From: Chloroflexota bacterium | Lineage (GTDB): Bacteria; Chloroflexota; UBA11872; VXOZ01 | Reading direction: 5' to 3' | Assembly (NCBI GenBank): GCA_965221905.1 | Contig: OZ244922.1 | Location: 160,001-224,000, forward strand | DNA: 64,000 nt | Shown: positions 41,663 through 51,115 of the stretch, piece by piece | Layout of the letters: every line of letters begins with the position of its first letter | Numbering within the stretch: position 1 is the stretch's first letter | Notes under the pieces: model-generated | The model's input: the letters and a program-made list of their open reading frames with translations, nothing else | Told to the model about the DNA's origin: nothing | Database searches by the model: none | Translations under genes and position numbers: made by a program

Positions 41663-42661
41663 TTAGGTCGATGTTGATACGCATTCTCGCAGGCGTTGAC
41701 GGAACTCGCAGCCGGTGAGGTGCTCCCAGATGGCCGGGAACGTATGGGCGTTCGTCCGCACGCGGTCATCGCAATACGCGAGGTATCCGGCAAGCGCTTC
41801 CCCGGCTGCGGCCGGGTAACGCGCGTCGTCCGTTGCGCACTGCCACTTTTTCATGAGCTTACGCAGGTCTTCACCGGCTACGTACGCGTCGTTTATTTCG
41901 CCCAGGTGGTCTTGAGCATGCTTGAAGTCTTCGATGGCGGCTTCTGCCTGCGGGGAAAGGGTCTCGCGCAGGAATTCTAAGGCGTACCGCAGGCGCTTAC
42001 AGTCGATACGCAGGGTGTGCAGCGTTTCAATCGACGCTCCGTGCAACGAAGGCCCATAGGCGAGGAGTTTTTCATAGCGCTTTGCGATGAGGCGCGGTGT
42101 CACGGCGGCAACGAGCGGTTCTTGCGGAGCAGCCGCCTGGCCGTTCAGCGTTCCTGAAGCCGCTACCGGCGGGCCCACCAACTCAAGGAGTGGGCCAATC
42201 CGTTGCTTCAGCAGGCAATAACGCTTGCCTGCCAGATACCTCACCATTGCGTTGCGGGCTCGTTCTCGCTGTCTCTGCCACCGCTGCACCAGCGGCGCGA
42301 ACGTATCCTGTGTGGGCGCCGGCAATTCCGCCCGGTACGCTTCTAGATTCGCAAGCATGACGTCGCAGTCGCGTGCCGGACCGAGGGCGCGCCCCAAACG
42401 CCGTAGGTCTTTGCGCAGGTAGGCTGCGTGTTTCTTAGGGAGGTAGGGTCGAAACAACCTCACTGCCGCGCGCATCCGGCGCACGGCAACACGCATATCG
42501 TGCAATGCTTCGATGTCACTGCCGTCGATAGAGCCGGCTTCGTGTCTCAGCATGCGGTTGAAGTGAAAGCGCAGGGTCTTGCGTGCGGCATCTGATACAG
42601 TGTCGTGCCGCTCTATACCCGGACGTTTGGGCGACCGCTTGAGGTCGGGTGGCGTGGTGAT
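41663..42661 (-). CDS. CHAD domain (polyphosphate-binding) protein
   Basis: LHDMRVAVRRMR, LHTLRIDCKRLRY, QDHLGEIND; frame stays open and CHAD-like upstream of ATG 42553; start tentatively ATC 42661. Confidence 0.85.
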   Translation of the reverse strand: MTTPPDLKRSPKRPGIERHDTVSDAARKTLRFHFNRMLRHEAGSIDGSDIEALHDMRVAVRRMRAAVRLFRPYLPKKHAAYLRKDLRRLGRALGPARDCDVMLANLEAYRAELPAPTQDTFAPLVQRWQRQRERARNAMVRYLAGKRYCLLKQRIGPLLELVGPPVAASGTLNGQAAAPQEPLVAAVTPRLIAKRYEKLLAYGPSLHGASIETLHTLRIDCKRLRYALEFLRETLSPQAEAAIEDFKHAQDHLGEINDAYVAGEDLRKLMKKWQCATDDARYPAAAGEALAGYLAYCDDRVRTNAHTFPAIWEHLTGCEFRQRLRECVSTST

Positions 42662-43379
42662 GGCTCTCTCTTCAATGGTGGTAGAAGGCTGCGGTAGTGT
42701 TTAGTTTGGCTCTGATTCGCGTGATTTGGCGGTGCCTGGCCAGTGCTGGGCTAACGAGCCAGGGTGGGATTAACCGCGTGACCGGCGCAGTGGCGCCCAC
42801 TCCATTTGGCGTGTATTCACCTACCAGATCCTGACGCGAAACGGGCCTTCGCACAACATTAATCTACCAAGACTAGCAAGAGATTGCCAGACTTTGATCG
42901 CTGCATTGTAGCTGGAGGTGTTATGGGCATTGCGGCATTGCGCTGAGCGCGCCTCAACGCGCGGGCATGCTCCCCAGCGTGTCATATTCCTGGTGCATGC
43001 TTTTGTGTGTGGTCAAAAGGCAAAGGATAGGGGGCGGTGTACCTGTTTTTTGGTTGCCTACCTGCCTAATAGTGTCGTTGCTTCACGCCTAAACCCTATC
43101 CCCAGGGCAATCGCGTCTAAATGAGATTTATGTAATGCCATCCGGCGACGTTACCTCTAAGCGTGCGCTTCTTTGCCCTGTCTACGGTGCGACTGCGCCA
43201 ACCAGAGCACCTAAATCTATTGACAGTCGGCTTATATCACGGTATTTTGTGATAAAGGTGCCGCGAAACCAACCAAAAATAAGACGCGATTGCCCTGCCC
43301 TATTCCAGCGTCCTATACGGCCAAACCTGTGATACTCTCAGAACAGAGGGCATGCTTGGTACGGAGTGAGAGAGTGGCT

Positions 43380-43670
43380 ATGGTCTGGCGCAAGGGGGTC
43401 ATACGGCGCGAAACCGGCACGGGTGAACCGGTCACGGTAAGCGGCGTGACGGTCGTGCCGCAATCCCAGGCATTCGCTGTGTGGTTGCCCTTCGGCGGTA
43501 TCCTGTGGAACCGGCCGGTCGGCGTCCTCATCAAGCGTGGCGCGGAGACACGCCGCATACCGATTACGGATGTGAGCGCGACGATATGCCGGGTACTTTT
43601 CGGGATCGGTGTGCTATGTGTCAGTATCGCTATCATTCGGTTAATCCGAGAGAGGGGAGCACGCCCATGA
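43380..43670 (+). CDS. small GerW/YtfJ-like membrane-anchored protein
   Basis: GEPVTVSGVTVVP...RPVGVLI...RRIPI plus C-terminal hydrophobic helix. Confidence 0.55.
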   Translation: MVWRKGVIRRETGTGEPVTVSGVTVVPQSQAFAVWLPFGGILWNRPVGVLIKRGAETRRIPITDVSATICRVLFGIGVLCVSIAIIRLIRERGARP

Positions 43671-44086
43671 GCAAAGAAAAGGACAGTGTACTACGCGGCG
43701 CGATGAGCTCGCAGGAGCAGAGTCAGCGCGTTCTCCAAGACTTGATCGCCGCCGCGCAGGCACGCTCAGTGTTCGGTGAGCCGGTAACGCACGGTGAGTA
43801 CGCGGTAATCACTGCTTCTGAAGTGACGGTGGGGCTCGGCTTCGGCTTTGGTATGGGCAGCGGCTCTTCAAGCGCCGCGGTGGATGAAGAATCCGAAGCG
43901 AGTGGCGGCGGTGGCGGGGGTGGTGGCGGTGGTGGGGCGAGCGGCCGCCCGGTCGCCGTCATCAGCATCGGGCCCCACGGTGTGAGCGTTGCGCCGGTCA
44001 TAGACCGCACGAAAATCGGTCTTGCCTTGATTACCATGCTGGGCGGTATACTCTTGGTGCTGCGCGGCATGCGGCGGCGCCGGTAG
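43667..44086 (+). CDS. GerW/YtfJ family protein
   Basis: VFGEPV...ITASEV..GLGFGFGMG...GGGGGG...RPVAVI. Confidence 0.75.
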   Translation: MSKEKDSVLRGAMSSQEQSQRVLQDLIAAAQARSVFGEPVTHGEYAVITASEVTVGLGFGFGMGSGSSSAAVDEESEASGGGGGGGGGGGASGRPVAVISIGPHGVSVAPVIDRTKIGLALITMLGGILLVLRGMRRRR

Positions 44087-44138
44087 CGTCCACCCGGAGA
44101 CCAGGACATTTCGACTATGCGGCTGGCGTCAGGTTCAG

Positions 44139-44258
44139 CGTTCGCTCTGAGTTTGGCCTGTCCTGAGCTTGACGAAGGGTCGAAGAGAAGTCCGTTCATG
44201 CTGAGGTGGCCACGCTGACTTCGTCAAAGACGCCAAGCCCCTGTCGAACCATGAACGG
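44139..44258. repeat. nested REP-like elements
   Basis: cgttcgctctgagtttgg[cctgtcctgagcttgacgaaggg]tcgaag and ccgttcatgctgag...gtcgaaccatgaacgg. Confidence 0.7.
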
Positions 44259-44262
44259 ACTT

Positions 44263-44760
44263 CCCAGCAGACTGTGAAAAGCGAAAGACCCTGCCTGGCG
44301 TAGGGGCAATCCTCGTGATTGCCCTTTTTCTTTCCAGCGACAACGTTTAGGTAGGTAAGCGCCCCTTTAACCGCTATCAGCGGCAACCGCTGCTGCCAAC
44401 GCCGCTTGACAGGACTCTACATCCGCGCTACCCAGCAGACTGTAATAAGCGAAAGACCCTGCCTGGCGTAGGGGCAATTCTCGTGATTGCCCACTTATCC
44501 TGCGCCAACGTTGGGGTAGGCGAGCGCCCCTTTAGCCGATATCGGCGGCAGCCGCTTACGCCAACGCCGTGTGGCAGGCCGCCACGTCCGCGCTACCCAG
44601 CAGACTGTAATAAGCGAAAGACCCTGCCTGGCGTAGGGGCAATTCTCGTGATTGCCCACTTATCCTGCGCCAACGTTGGGGTAGGCGAGCGCCCCTTTAG
44701 CCGCTATTAGCGGCAACCGCTGCTGCCAACGCCGCTTGACAGGACTCTACATCCGCGCTC
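44263..44760. repeat. three ~165-bp tandem units (REP plus copy of the aminotransferase 3' end)
   Basis: Units start at cccagcagactgt 44263, 44431, 44596. Confidence 0.9.
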
Positions 44761-45827
44761 GTGTTGTAGAAGTGCGGTGAAATACGCACCCGCCCCTCTT
44801 TGTACCAGACTTGCACGCCGGCGTCATGCAGGGCATCTCCGATTTCCCGGAAATGCGGCGTTTCAAACGAGACGATGCCTGCGCGCTGCGTGGGGTCGCG
44901 CGGAGTCAGCGGCGTGATTCCCAGCCGCTCCAAACCGTCGTGCACCTGGCCCGAAAGCTCAAGCACACGCTCCGCGATGTATGGCATCCCAACTTGATTC
45001 AAGAAACCCAGCGCCGCGTGCAGTGTGTAGACCGCGGTGTAATCGAGCAGCCCGGTCTCGAAACGGCGGGCATCATCATGGAAGGTATAGTCGAGGGTGT
45101 TCACCACAGAAGGAGGATCCACAGTGCCGCGCCACCCGGCGTAGAAGGGCTGCACGGCGTCGAGACTCTCTTGTCGGCAGTAGAGGAAGGCCAGCCCGTG
45201 GGTTGCGAGCAGCCACTTGCGGGTGCAGGCGGCGATGAAGTCAACGGCGCCAACCTCCACCGGCACTGCCCCCACCGACTGTGAGGCGTCTACGAGCAGC
45301 AGCGCCCCGTGATCGTGAGCGCAGTCAGCTACGGCCTCGAGGTCTGCTCGGTAGCCCGAACGATAGCTAACGTGGCTGATCACCACCAGACGCGTACGGT
45401 CATCCACATACTCGGCAATGGCCGCCGGAGTAACCGCGCCGCCGGTATGCCGCACCAAGCGTACGTCGACGCCGAAGCGCCGGCCAAGGTGCAGGCACGC
45501 AATGATCGAGCTAGGAAACTCCAGGTCAGTTACGACCAGGTTGTCACCGGCTTCCCAGGGCAGACCGAACAGGATGGCGTTCACGCACTCGGTGGTGCTC
45601 GACAGCAGGGCAATTTCCGCAGCGCTGCACGCCAGGAAATCCGCCACGCGCTGACGGCAGTCGGCCTCGACCACCTGCATTTCCGTGGGCGTGATCGCGC
45701 CCTGCAGCTTCTCCTCGGTGTACTGCTGTAAGGCAGCGGCTACCGTGCGCCCCATGCACGACCCCGCCGCGGTGTTGAGATACACCCGGTCCCGCAGCCC
45801 CGGAAATTCGTCGCGCCAGTCTGTCAT
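44697..45827 (-). CDS. class V PLP-dependent aminotransferase (cysteine desulfurase-like)
   Basis: YLNTAA, DLEFPS, VDASQSVG, RKWLL, RFETG, RISPHFYN. Confidence 0.9.
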   Translation of the reverse strand: MTDWRDEFPGLRDRVYLNTAAGSCMGRTVAAALQQYTEEKLQGAITPTEMQVVEADCRQRVADFLACSAAEIALLSSTTECVNAILFGLPWEAGDNLVVTDLEFPSSIIACLHLGRRFGVDVRLVRHTGGAVTPAAIAEYVDDRTRLVVISHVSYRSGYRADLEAVADCAHDHGALLLVDASQSVGAVPVEVGAVDFIAACTRKWLLATHGLAFLYCRQESLDAVQPFYAGWRGTVDPPSVVNTLDYTFHDDARRFETGLLDYTAVYTLHAALGFLNQVGMPYIAERVLELSGQVHDGLERLGITPLTPRDPTQRAGIVSFETPHFREIGDALHDAGVQVWYKEGRVRISPHFYNTSADVESCQAALAAAVAANSG

Positions 45828-45892
45828 GGTTGGAAGACTCCGCAATGCTGTAATCTGCAGTGAGTGGTGAGAGAGGAAAGAGCTTCTAGGAG

Positions 45893-46444
45893 CTAATCGG
45901 GAGAGCTGTACGCCGCAATGATCTTATCTATCCCTTCTGCGGCTTCTCTAGCAATGCCCATAGGGATGTGCGGCTTTAGCTCATTAACTCTTTGTGCTAC
46001 TTGCTCTATGGATCTTGAATCGTCTTCCTTATTCACGTATAAAGCAGTTCCGAGTTGCTCCAATTCTTTCACCGATTTGGAACCAAGATGAGCAACAGTA
46101 AAGTCGATCTCTTTCCGATGTTTCTCTACGGCGGCGGAAAAACGCTCTTGGAGCTTCTTGCCTGTCCGGGTGGTTACAAGAGTGGGCCCGTAAGGAATGG
46201 GATTTGCGCGAATCTGCAATTGATAGTCTGCTCGCATCGCTGTAAGAGCGTCTCGCAAGTCAAATGAGAAGGGCCCATGTTTGTAGAGGATGAAGTCAAA
46301 ATCAAGCGGCACATGAGTGAGCTCTTGAAGAAGATAGACGGCTTTCTGCAAGTGAGTCTCGCCACACCAGCTTCCAGCGGTTTTCAGTTCGTCTGTAAGT
46401 GAAAGCACTATTGCGTTTCTTCCAAGTCTATTCAATTGACCCAC
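45893..46444 (-). CDS. YwgA-like hypothetical protein
   Basis: GETHLQKAVYLLQ...FILYKHGPFSFDL...ELEQLGTALY; AT-richer than flanks. Confidence 0.6.
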   Translation of the reverse strand: MGQLNRLGRNAIVLSLTDELKTAGSWCGETHLQKAVYLLQELTHVPLDFDFILYKHGPFSFDLRDALTAMRADYQLQIRANPIPYGPTLVTTRTGKKLQERFSAAVEKHRKEIDFTVAHLGSKSVKELEQLGTALYVNKEDDSRSIEQVAQRVNELKPHIPMGIAREAAEGIDKIIAAYSSPD

Positions 46445-46695
46445 GGTCCTCCTCCTTTGCTCTTTCTATAATATCCTCCCTATTCTCATTGAGCCACTTG
46501 GTAGCCCTTTCCCGGTTGCTTGGTTCAACAAAGACGTAGTCAATTGCAGCCTCTGGAAGATTCCCCGAGACCTGAGACTGTGTTAATGACGAGACAATTC
46601 TGCCATCTTTGCTCAATACGGGAAACTCGGGAGTTCCTCCCCCCTTCCTGTCCTGGTCTAGGCGGATATTTTCGGAGCCGGACTCTGCGCATTTG
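46428..46695 (-). pseudogene. 5'-truncated remnant, probably the C-terminus of an HD-domain phosphohydrolase
   Basis: Open frame ...GSENIRLDQDRKGGGTPEFPVLSKDGRIVSS...DYVFVEP...KWLNENREDII overlapping the downstream start; family assignment is from memory. Confidence 0.4.
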
Positions 46696-46898
46696 GTGCC
46701 GAGGTCAACGAAAACCCTAGTGATGTGGGAACTTCATATCTGTGACATAGTCCCGCACATGAATTGCTTGGTCATTTGCCAAGTGTTAGTCTCCTTGTGT
46801 GGTTACCCCCTCCCACGTGTGCCCTCTTGCTGATTGGCGCACCTTATTTGAAATCGACAAGCTAATACCTTGCGTGTGCTGTCCCAGGAGCGATCACA

Positions 46899-48851
46899 TT
46901 GACCAGAGAACAGCGGCTGAGTTCTATTGGCATTGCTTTGGCGCTCTTCCTGGGGGCGCTCGATCAGACGATCGTCACCACGGCGTTGCCGCGCATTACG
47001 GAAGAACTCGGCGGGCTAAACTACTACGCCTGGGTGGTGACGGCGTACCTCCTTGCCTCGGTGATTGGGTTGCCGCTCTTCGGGCGTCTTGTGGAGCTAT
47101 TCCCCGCAAAATGGGTGCTGCTTGCCGCTGTGAGCGTCTTTCTCGCCGGCTCCGCGCTTTCCGGTCTGGCACCGGGTATCGAGGCGCTGATTGCCTTTCG
47201 CGCCCTGCAGGGCCTTGGCGGCGGCGGCATATTCGCCCTGGCTTTTTCGTTGATTGGCCTGCTCTTTTCGCCTCGAGAGCGGGGACGGATGCAAGGCATG
47301 CTGGGCGGCGTATTCGGAATCTCCAGTGTGGTGGGGCCCTGGCTCGGCGGTTTCCTGACCGACTTGCTCTCCTGGCGCTGGATTTTCTATATCAATCTGC
47401 CGCTTGGTGTCGTTGCCATCATCTTTCTCGTGGGCTTCATGCCCCGGCTCCAGTCCGAACAGCGCGGCCGCTTCGACCTGCTGGGAGTGATCATGCTTGC
47501 CCTTTGGGTCGTGCCGCTTGTGCTTGCGCTCTCCCTTGGCGGCTCAACCTACCCCTGGCTCTCCGGACAGGTTCTCGGCCTGGTTGCATTTTCGCTCGTT
47601 GGCTTGCTTCTCTTCCTGTGGTGGCAACGGCGCAGCGTTGACCCATTGATTCAACTGAAGCTCTTCCAGATCAAGGTCTTTCGCTGGGCGGTGGTGGGAA
47701 GTTTCTTCTTTGGCGGTGCGTTTCTCGGCTCTGTCGTTTTTCTGCCGCTCTATCTGGTGCACGTGAAGGGATTTTCGGCGACGAATTCCGGCCTTTCAAT
47801 TACTCCCCTCGTATTGGGCGTGGTGGCGGGCAGCATGCTGGGCGGCCAGTTGGCCAGCCGCTTCGGCCGCTACAAGCGGCCGCTCTTAGTGTCGATCTGC
47901 TTCGGCATCATCGCCTTTGCGGCCTTTGCCTTCAATCTGCGTGTCGATACGCCGTTGTGGCAGGTGCTCCCGCTCATGGTAGTGATCGGCCTCAGCCTGG
48001 GACCGTCGCTGCCGCTCTATACGCTTGCCGTGCAGAATGCCGTGCCCCGCAACCGCCTCGGCACTGCCACGAGCACGCTGCAGTTCGTGCGCCAGGTTGG
48101 CTCCACAGCTTCCGTCGCCCTCATGGGCACCGTGCTCGCCGCGACCGTCACTGCATCGGCTACCGAGAATGTGCCGTTTGAAATGCGCGAGCAAATGGGA
48201 GGACTGGCAGTGGATGATGGGAGAAGCATTGGCAACCTAACCGCGGCGGTAGAGGCGCGCTTTGCGGCTCTGGAGCAACAGGTGGTCGCGGCGCTAATCG
48301 GAGATGAGAGCGCTCGGCAAGCGCTGCTGGCAGACCCGGCTTTGCCGCCGGAGTTCGAGTCTCGGCTACAGGCAGGCAGCATTGGCGATCAGGTACGGAT
48401 GGGGCTGGCGCAGTCGCTTGCGCAAATCGAGGCCGCGCTCGCCGGTGATGCAACTGCCCGCGACGCGGCACTGCAGAATCCGCTCATCCCGCAAGAGGTA
48501 AAGACTGTGCTCGCAAACCCGCCTGCCGCCGATTCTGCCCGAGAGGAGCTTCTGAAGACGATCCAAGCGCGCCTTCTGGCGCAGGAAGAGGCAATTGTCA
48601 GCGATGCGCAGACTCAGATAGTCTCCCAGGCCCAGACAGAGCTACGCAGTCGGGCGGCAGAGGTTGCGGCAGTGGTCACGCGCGCAATTCAATCCGGCAT
48701 CACCGCTGCCTTGCAACGCGTCTACATCTTCGCTACAGCTTATATGTTCTTTTGCCTCCTTGCGGCCCTGCTTCTGCCGGACCTCGAGTTGGGAGGCCCG
48801 CCGCAAGCGAGGCGCGAAGATGGGCCGGCGCCTGCAGAAGCGTCGCCATAA
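46899..48851 (+). CDS. MFS drug:H+ antiporter (DHA2, EmrB/QacA-like) with large C-terminal loop
   Basis: ALDQTIV, FRALQGLGGGG, WRWIFYINLP; long Ala/Gln-rich insertion before the last helix. Confidence 0.9.
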   Translation: MTREQRLSSIGIALALFLGALDQTIVTTALPRITEELGGLNYYAWVVTAYLLASVIGLPLFGRLVELFPAKWVLLAAVSVFLAGSALSGLAPGIEALIAFRALQGLGGGGIFALAFSLIGLLFSPRERGRMQGMLGGVFGISSVVGPWLGGFLTDLLSWRWIFYINLPLGVVAIIFLVGFMPRLQSEQRGRFDLLGVIMLALWVVPLVLALSLGGSTYPWLSGQVLGLVAFSLVGLLLFLWWQRRSVDPLIQLKLFQIKVFRWAVVGSFFFGGAFLGSVVFLPLYLVHVKGFSATNSGLSITPLVLGVVAGSMLGGQLASRFGRYKRPLLVSICFGIIAFAAFAFNLRVDTPLWQVLPLMVVIGLSLGPSLPLYTLAVQNAVPRNRLGTATSTLQFVRQVGSTASVALMGTVLAATVTASATENVPFEMREQMGGLAVDDGRSIGNLTAAVEARFAALEQQVVAALIGDESARQALLADPALPPEFESRLQAGSIGDQVRMGLAQSLAQIEAALAGDATARDAALQNPLIPQEVKTVLANPPAADSAREELLKTIQARLLAQEEAIVSDAQTQIVSQAQTELRSRAAEVAAVVTRAIQSGITAALQRVYIFATAYMFFCLLAALLLPDLELGGPPQARREDGPAPAEASP

Positions 48852-48917
48852 TTTGCGTTGGGATGAGGGTTGGCGTGAGACGGCAGGGCACTGAGGGAAG
48901 AGGGTTCGCCCAAGGAT

Positions 48918-49089
48918 CGCGCCTGCGAGCGGCAGGTACAGGTTTGTAACCTGCGCTACGAGGATGGACGCAGGCTGCGAACCCGCGCAACAGAGGATGT
49001 TGGTTGCAGAGATACCCTACGAAGAACGGACGCAGGTTACAAACCTGCGCTACCAAGAGATGCATGGTTGCGGGGCTCAGCACGAACGG
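48918..49089. repeat. cluster of cgcaggtt...aacctgcgctac palindromes plus REP half-site
   Basis: Copies near 48938, 48969 and 49031; gctcagcacgaacgg near 49075. Confidence 0.75.
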
Positions 49090-49262
49090 AGTCTCTAGTC
49101 ACACACGTCTGATAATGTGCAACTATGCGACTGACAGTGCCTCCCAGAGAGACCCAGACTCGAATCTGCGCCAGCCGCTCAATCGAGAGGCCATAGCCGC
49201 CGCGCATAGCGGCCGGACAGTTGCGTATGGTGTGTATGCTACAATTGAAAAGGCATCTCCCT

Positions 49263-49337
49263 GCCGACGTAGCTCAGTGGTAGAGCAATGGTTTCGTAAA
49301 CCATAGGCCGCCGGTTCGAATCCGGCCGTCGGCTCCA
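49263..49337 (+). tRNA. tRNA-Thr(CGT)
   Basis: GCCGACG/CGTCGGC stem, ATGGT-TT-CGT-AA-ACCAT, encoded CCA. Confidence 0.96.
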
Positions 49338-49547
49338 TTGGATACCGGCGATGGTCGGGGAGGCGGCGTGAATTCACCCGGATAGCGACTACGCCGTTGC
49401 AACGGAGGCGATTGCAGGGGTGTTTCCGTCTCGGCTTTAATGTGAGAAACTCTAGAAAGTACCATGGCGTAACGCGTGTTCGAGACCATGTGCGCTGCGC
49501 GGGGAGTGGATAGTTTCCGCTCCTCCCTTTCCGCTTGATCCGCCGCT

Positions 49548-50447
49548 ATGGAGTCTACTCAAGGATCGAACCGCAATCCCGATGCCAGCATAGTAGCGCT
49601 TGTGCTTCTCTTGGCGTTGTTGTGGGGCGGCAACTCCGTTGCCATCAAGATCGGATTGCAGGACATTCCGCCGTTGGCGCTGGCAGGCTTCCGTTTCATC
49701 ATCGGACTGGCGGCGGTTACGGGCTGGGCGTGGTGGCAGCGGGTCCGAATCCGACTGGAACCGGGCGAACTGGCACCCCTCATCTATCTATCGCTGATTT
49801 TTCTGCTCCAGATCATTGCCCTCAACGTGGGTACGCACTTCACTACCTCATCTCGGTCTGTCGTGCTCAACAGCACCTATCCGCTCTTTACCACTCTCTT
49901 CGCACACTACCTGATTCAGGGTGACCGGCTGACCGTCCTGAAAACTACGGGCATCCTGCTTGCCTTTGGCGGTGTCACCGTGACGTTTATGGAGAATTTG
50001 AATCTTGGCACACGTGAACTCTTGATTGGCGATGCTATCGTATTGGCAAGCGGCGCTCTCCTGGGTTTGCGGGTAGTCGCAACCAAGCGGCTGGTGCAGA
50101 GCATCCACCCGTATCGACTCTTGATCTGGACCATGCTCTTCACCCTGCCTTGGTTCTTTCTGTTGAGCCTGATCTTCGAGCAGGGCTGGGAGTATCAGCT
50201 AACACTTTCCAGTGTCGCTGCCATTTTGTACCAGGGTCTTGTGGTGGCCGGTTTCTGCTTTGTGGCATGGACGTCAGTGCTGCGGCATTACCGCGCGAGT
50301 AGACTGGTAGTGCTATTCTTTGTGACGCCGCTCTTTGGCGTCGTGCTGAGCAACCTGCTGTTGGACGAGCCGCTGGGCCTTGAGCTAATTTCGGGCGCGG
50401 TGCTTGTAGCAGCCGGAATCTATCTCGTCAATCGTACGAAGGAGTAA
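49548..50447 (+). CDS. DMT/EamA family transporter
   Basis: LWGGNSVAIK, PPLALAGFRF, two EamA repeats. Confidence 0.9.
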   Translation: MESTQGSNRNPDASIVALVLLLALLWGGNSVAIKIGLQDIPPLALAGFRFIIGLAAVTGWAWWQRVRIRLEPGELAPLIYLSLIFLLQIIALNVGTHFTTSSRSVVLNSTYPLFTTLFAHYLIQGDRLTVLKTTGILLAFGGVTVTFMENLNLGTRELLIGDAIVLASGALLGLRVVATKRLVQSIHPYRLLIWTMLFTLPWFFLLSLIFEQGWEYQLTLSSVAAILYQGLVVAGFCFVAWTSVLRHYRASRLVVLFFVTPLFGVVLSNLLLDEPLGLELISGAVLVAAGIYLVNRTKE

Positions 50448-50671
50448 GGCAAGGCATCACGCTTGCCGCTCCGCCCTTACTTTGCGCTTTGACACGGCGC
50501 CTGCAGGTGCCGTGCGGCCGTATCGCATTGATGCCCCTGCTTATGCTTGCAAGCTATTGGTGGGAACCTATGCGTTAGACACGTACGGACGCTTGGGGGT
50601 GATGACAAAGGGGGTTTTCACTGCTATACTGATTTTTAGGAAAGCAAATACCTGCTTGCTGCCTGATTTAT

Positions 50672-50755
50672 GGGTCGGTGGGCGAGCGGTCAAAACCACC
50701 AGACTGTAAATCTGGCGCTGTAATGGCTACGGAGGTTCGAATCCTCCCCGGCCCA
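50672..50755 (+). tRNA. tRNA-Tyr(GTA)
   Basis: CCAGA-CT-GTA-AA-TCTGG, long variable arm, no encoded CCA. Confidence 0.96.
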
Positions 50756-50789
50756 CCGCGACGGTTCTCCGCGTATGTGAGAACGTATT

Positions 50790-50864
50790 GGTCCCGTGGT
50801 GTAGTTGGCCCAACACACGGCCCTGTCAAGGCTGAGATCGCCGGTTCGAATCCGGTCGGGACCG
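50790..50864 (+). tRNA. tRNA-Asp(GTC)
   Basis: GGTCCCG/CGGGACC, CGGCC-CT-GTC-AA-GGCTG, no encoded CCA. Confidence 0.96.
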
Positions 50865-51026
50865 CCCCTAAGCACAATATCCGGGCAGCGGCTTTCACTA
50901 TACGCAACAACGTGTGAGGATCGTGATTTCACGGTCCTCCTCTTTATTTGTCTGCGTAAGGCACCTGCTACTACTGCACTTTCACGGGTAGAGTATGGTG
51001 TTCCTGCCAGGCCAATCCTTAAGACA

Positions 51027-51062
51027 GAAGAAGCCGCGAGCAGTTGGGCTCGCGGCTTCTTC
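51027..51062. terminator. probable bidirectional terminator
   Basis: gaagaagccgcgagc-agttgg-gctcgcggcttcttc, perfect 15-bp stem between convergent units. Confidence 0.8.
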
Positions 51063-51115
51063 AATTCCGTGCTCTGTTTCGGTGCGTGACCGAAGACAGG
51101 GCTTGCTACGCGCTT

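Noticed and set aside
44263-44760. Diversity-generating retroelement TR/VR pair
   Set aside because: No reverse transcriptase in the window and the mismatches are not adenine-specific.
49263-50864. tRNA-anchored integrative element or prophage
   Set aside because: No integrase and no duplicated tRNA 3' end seen.
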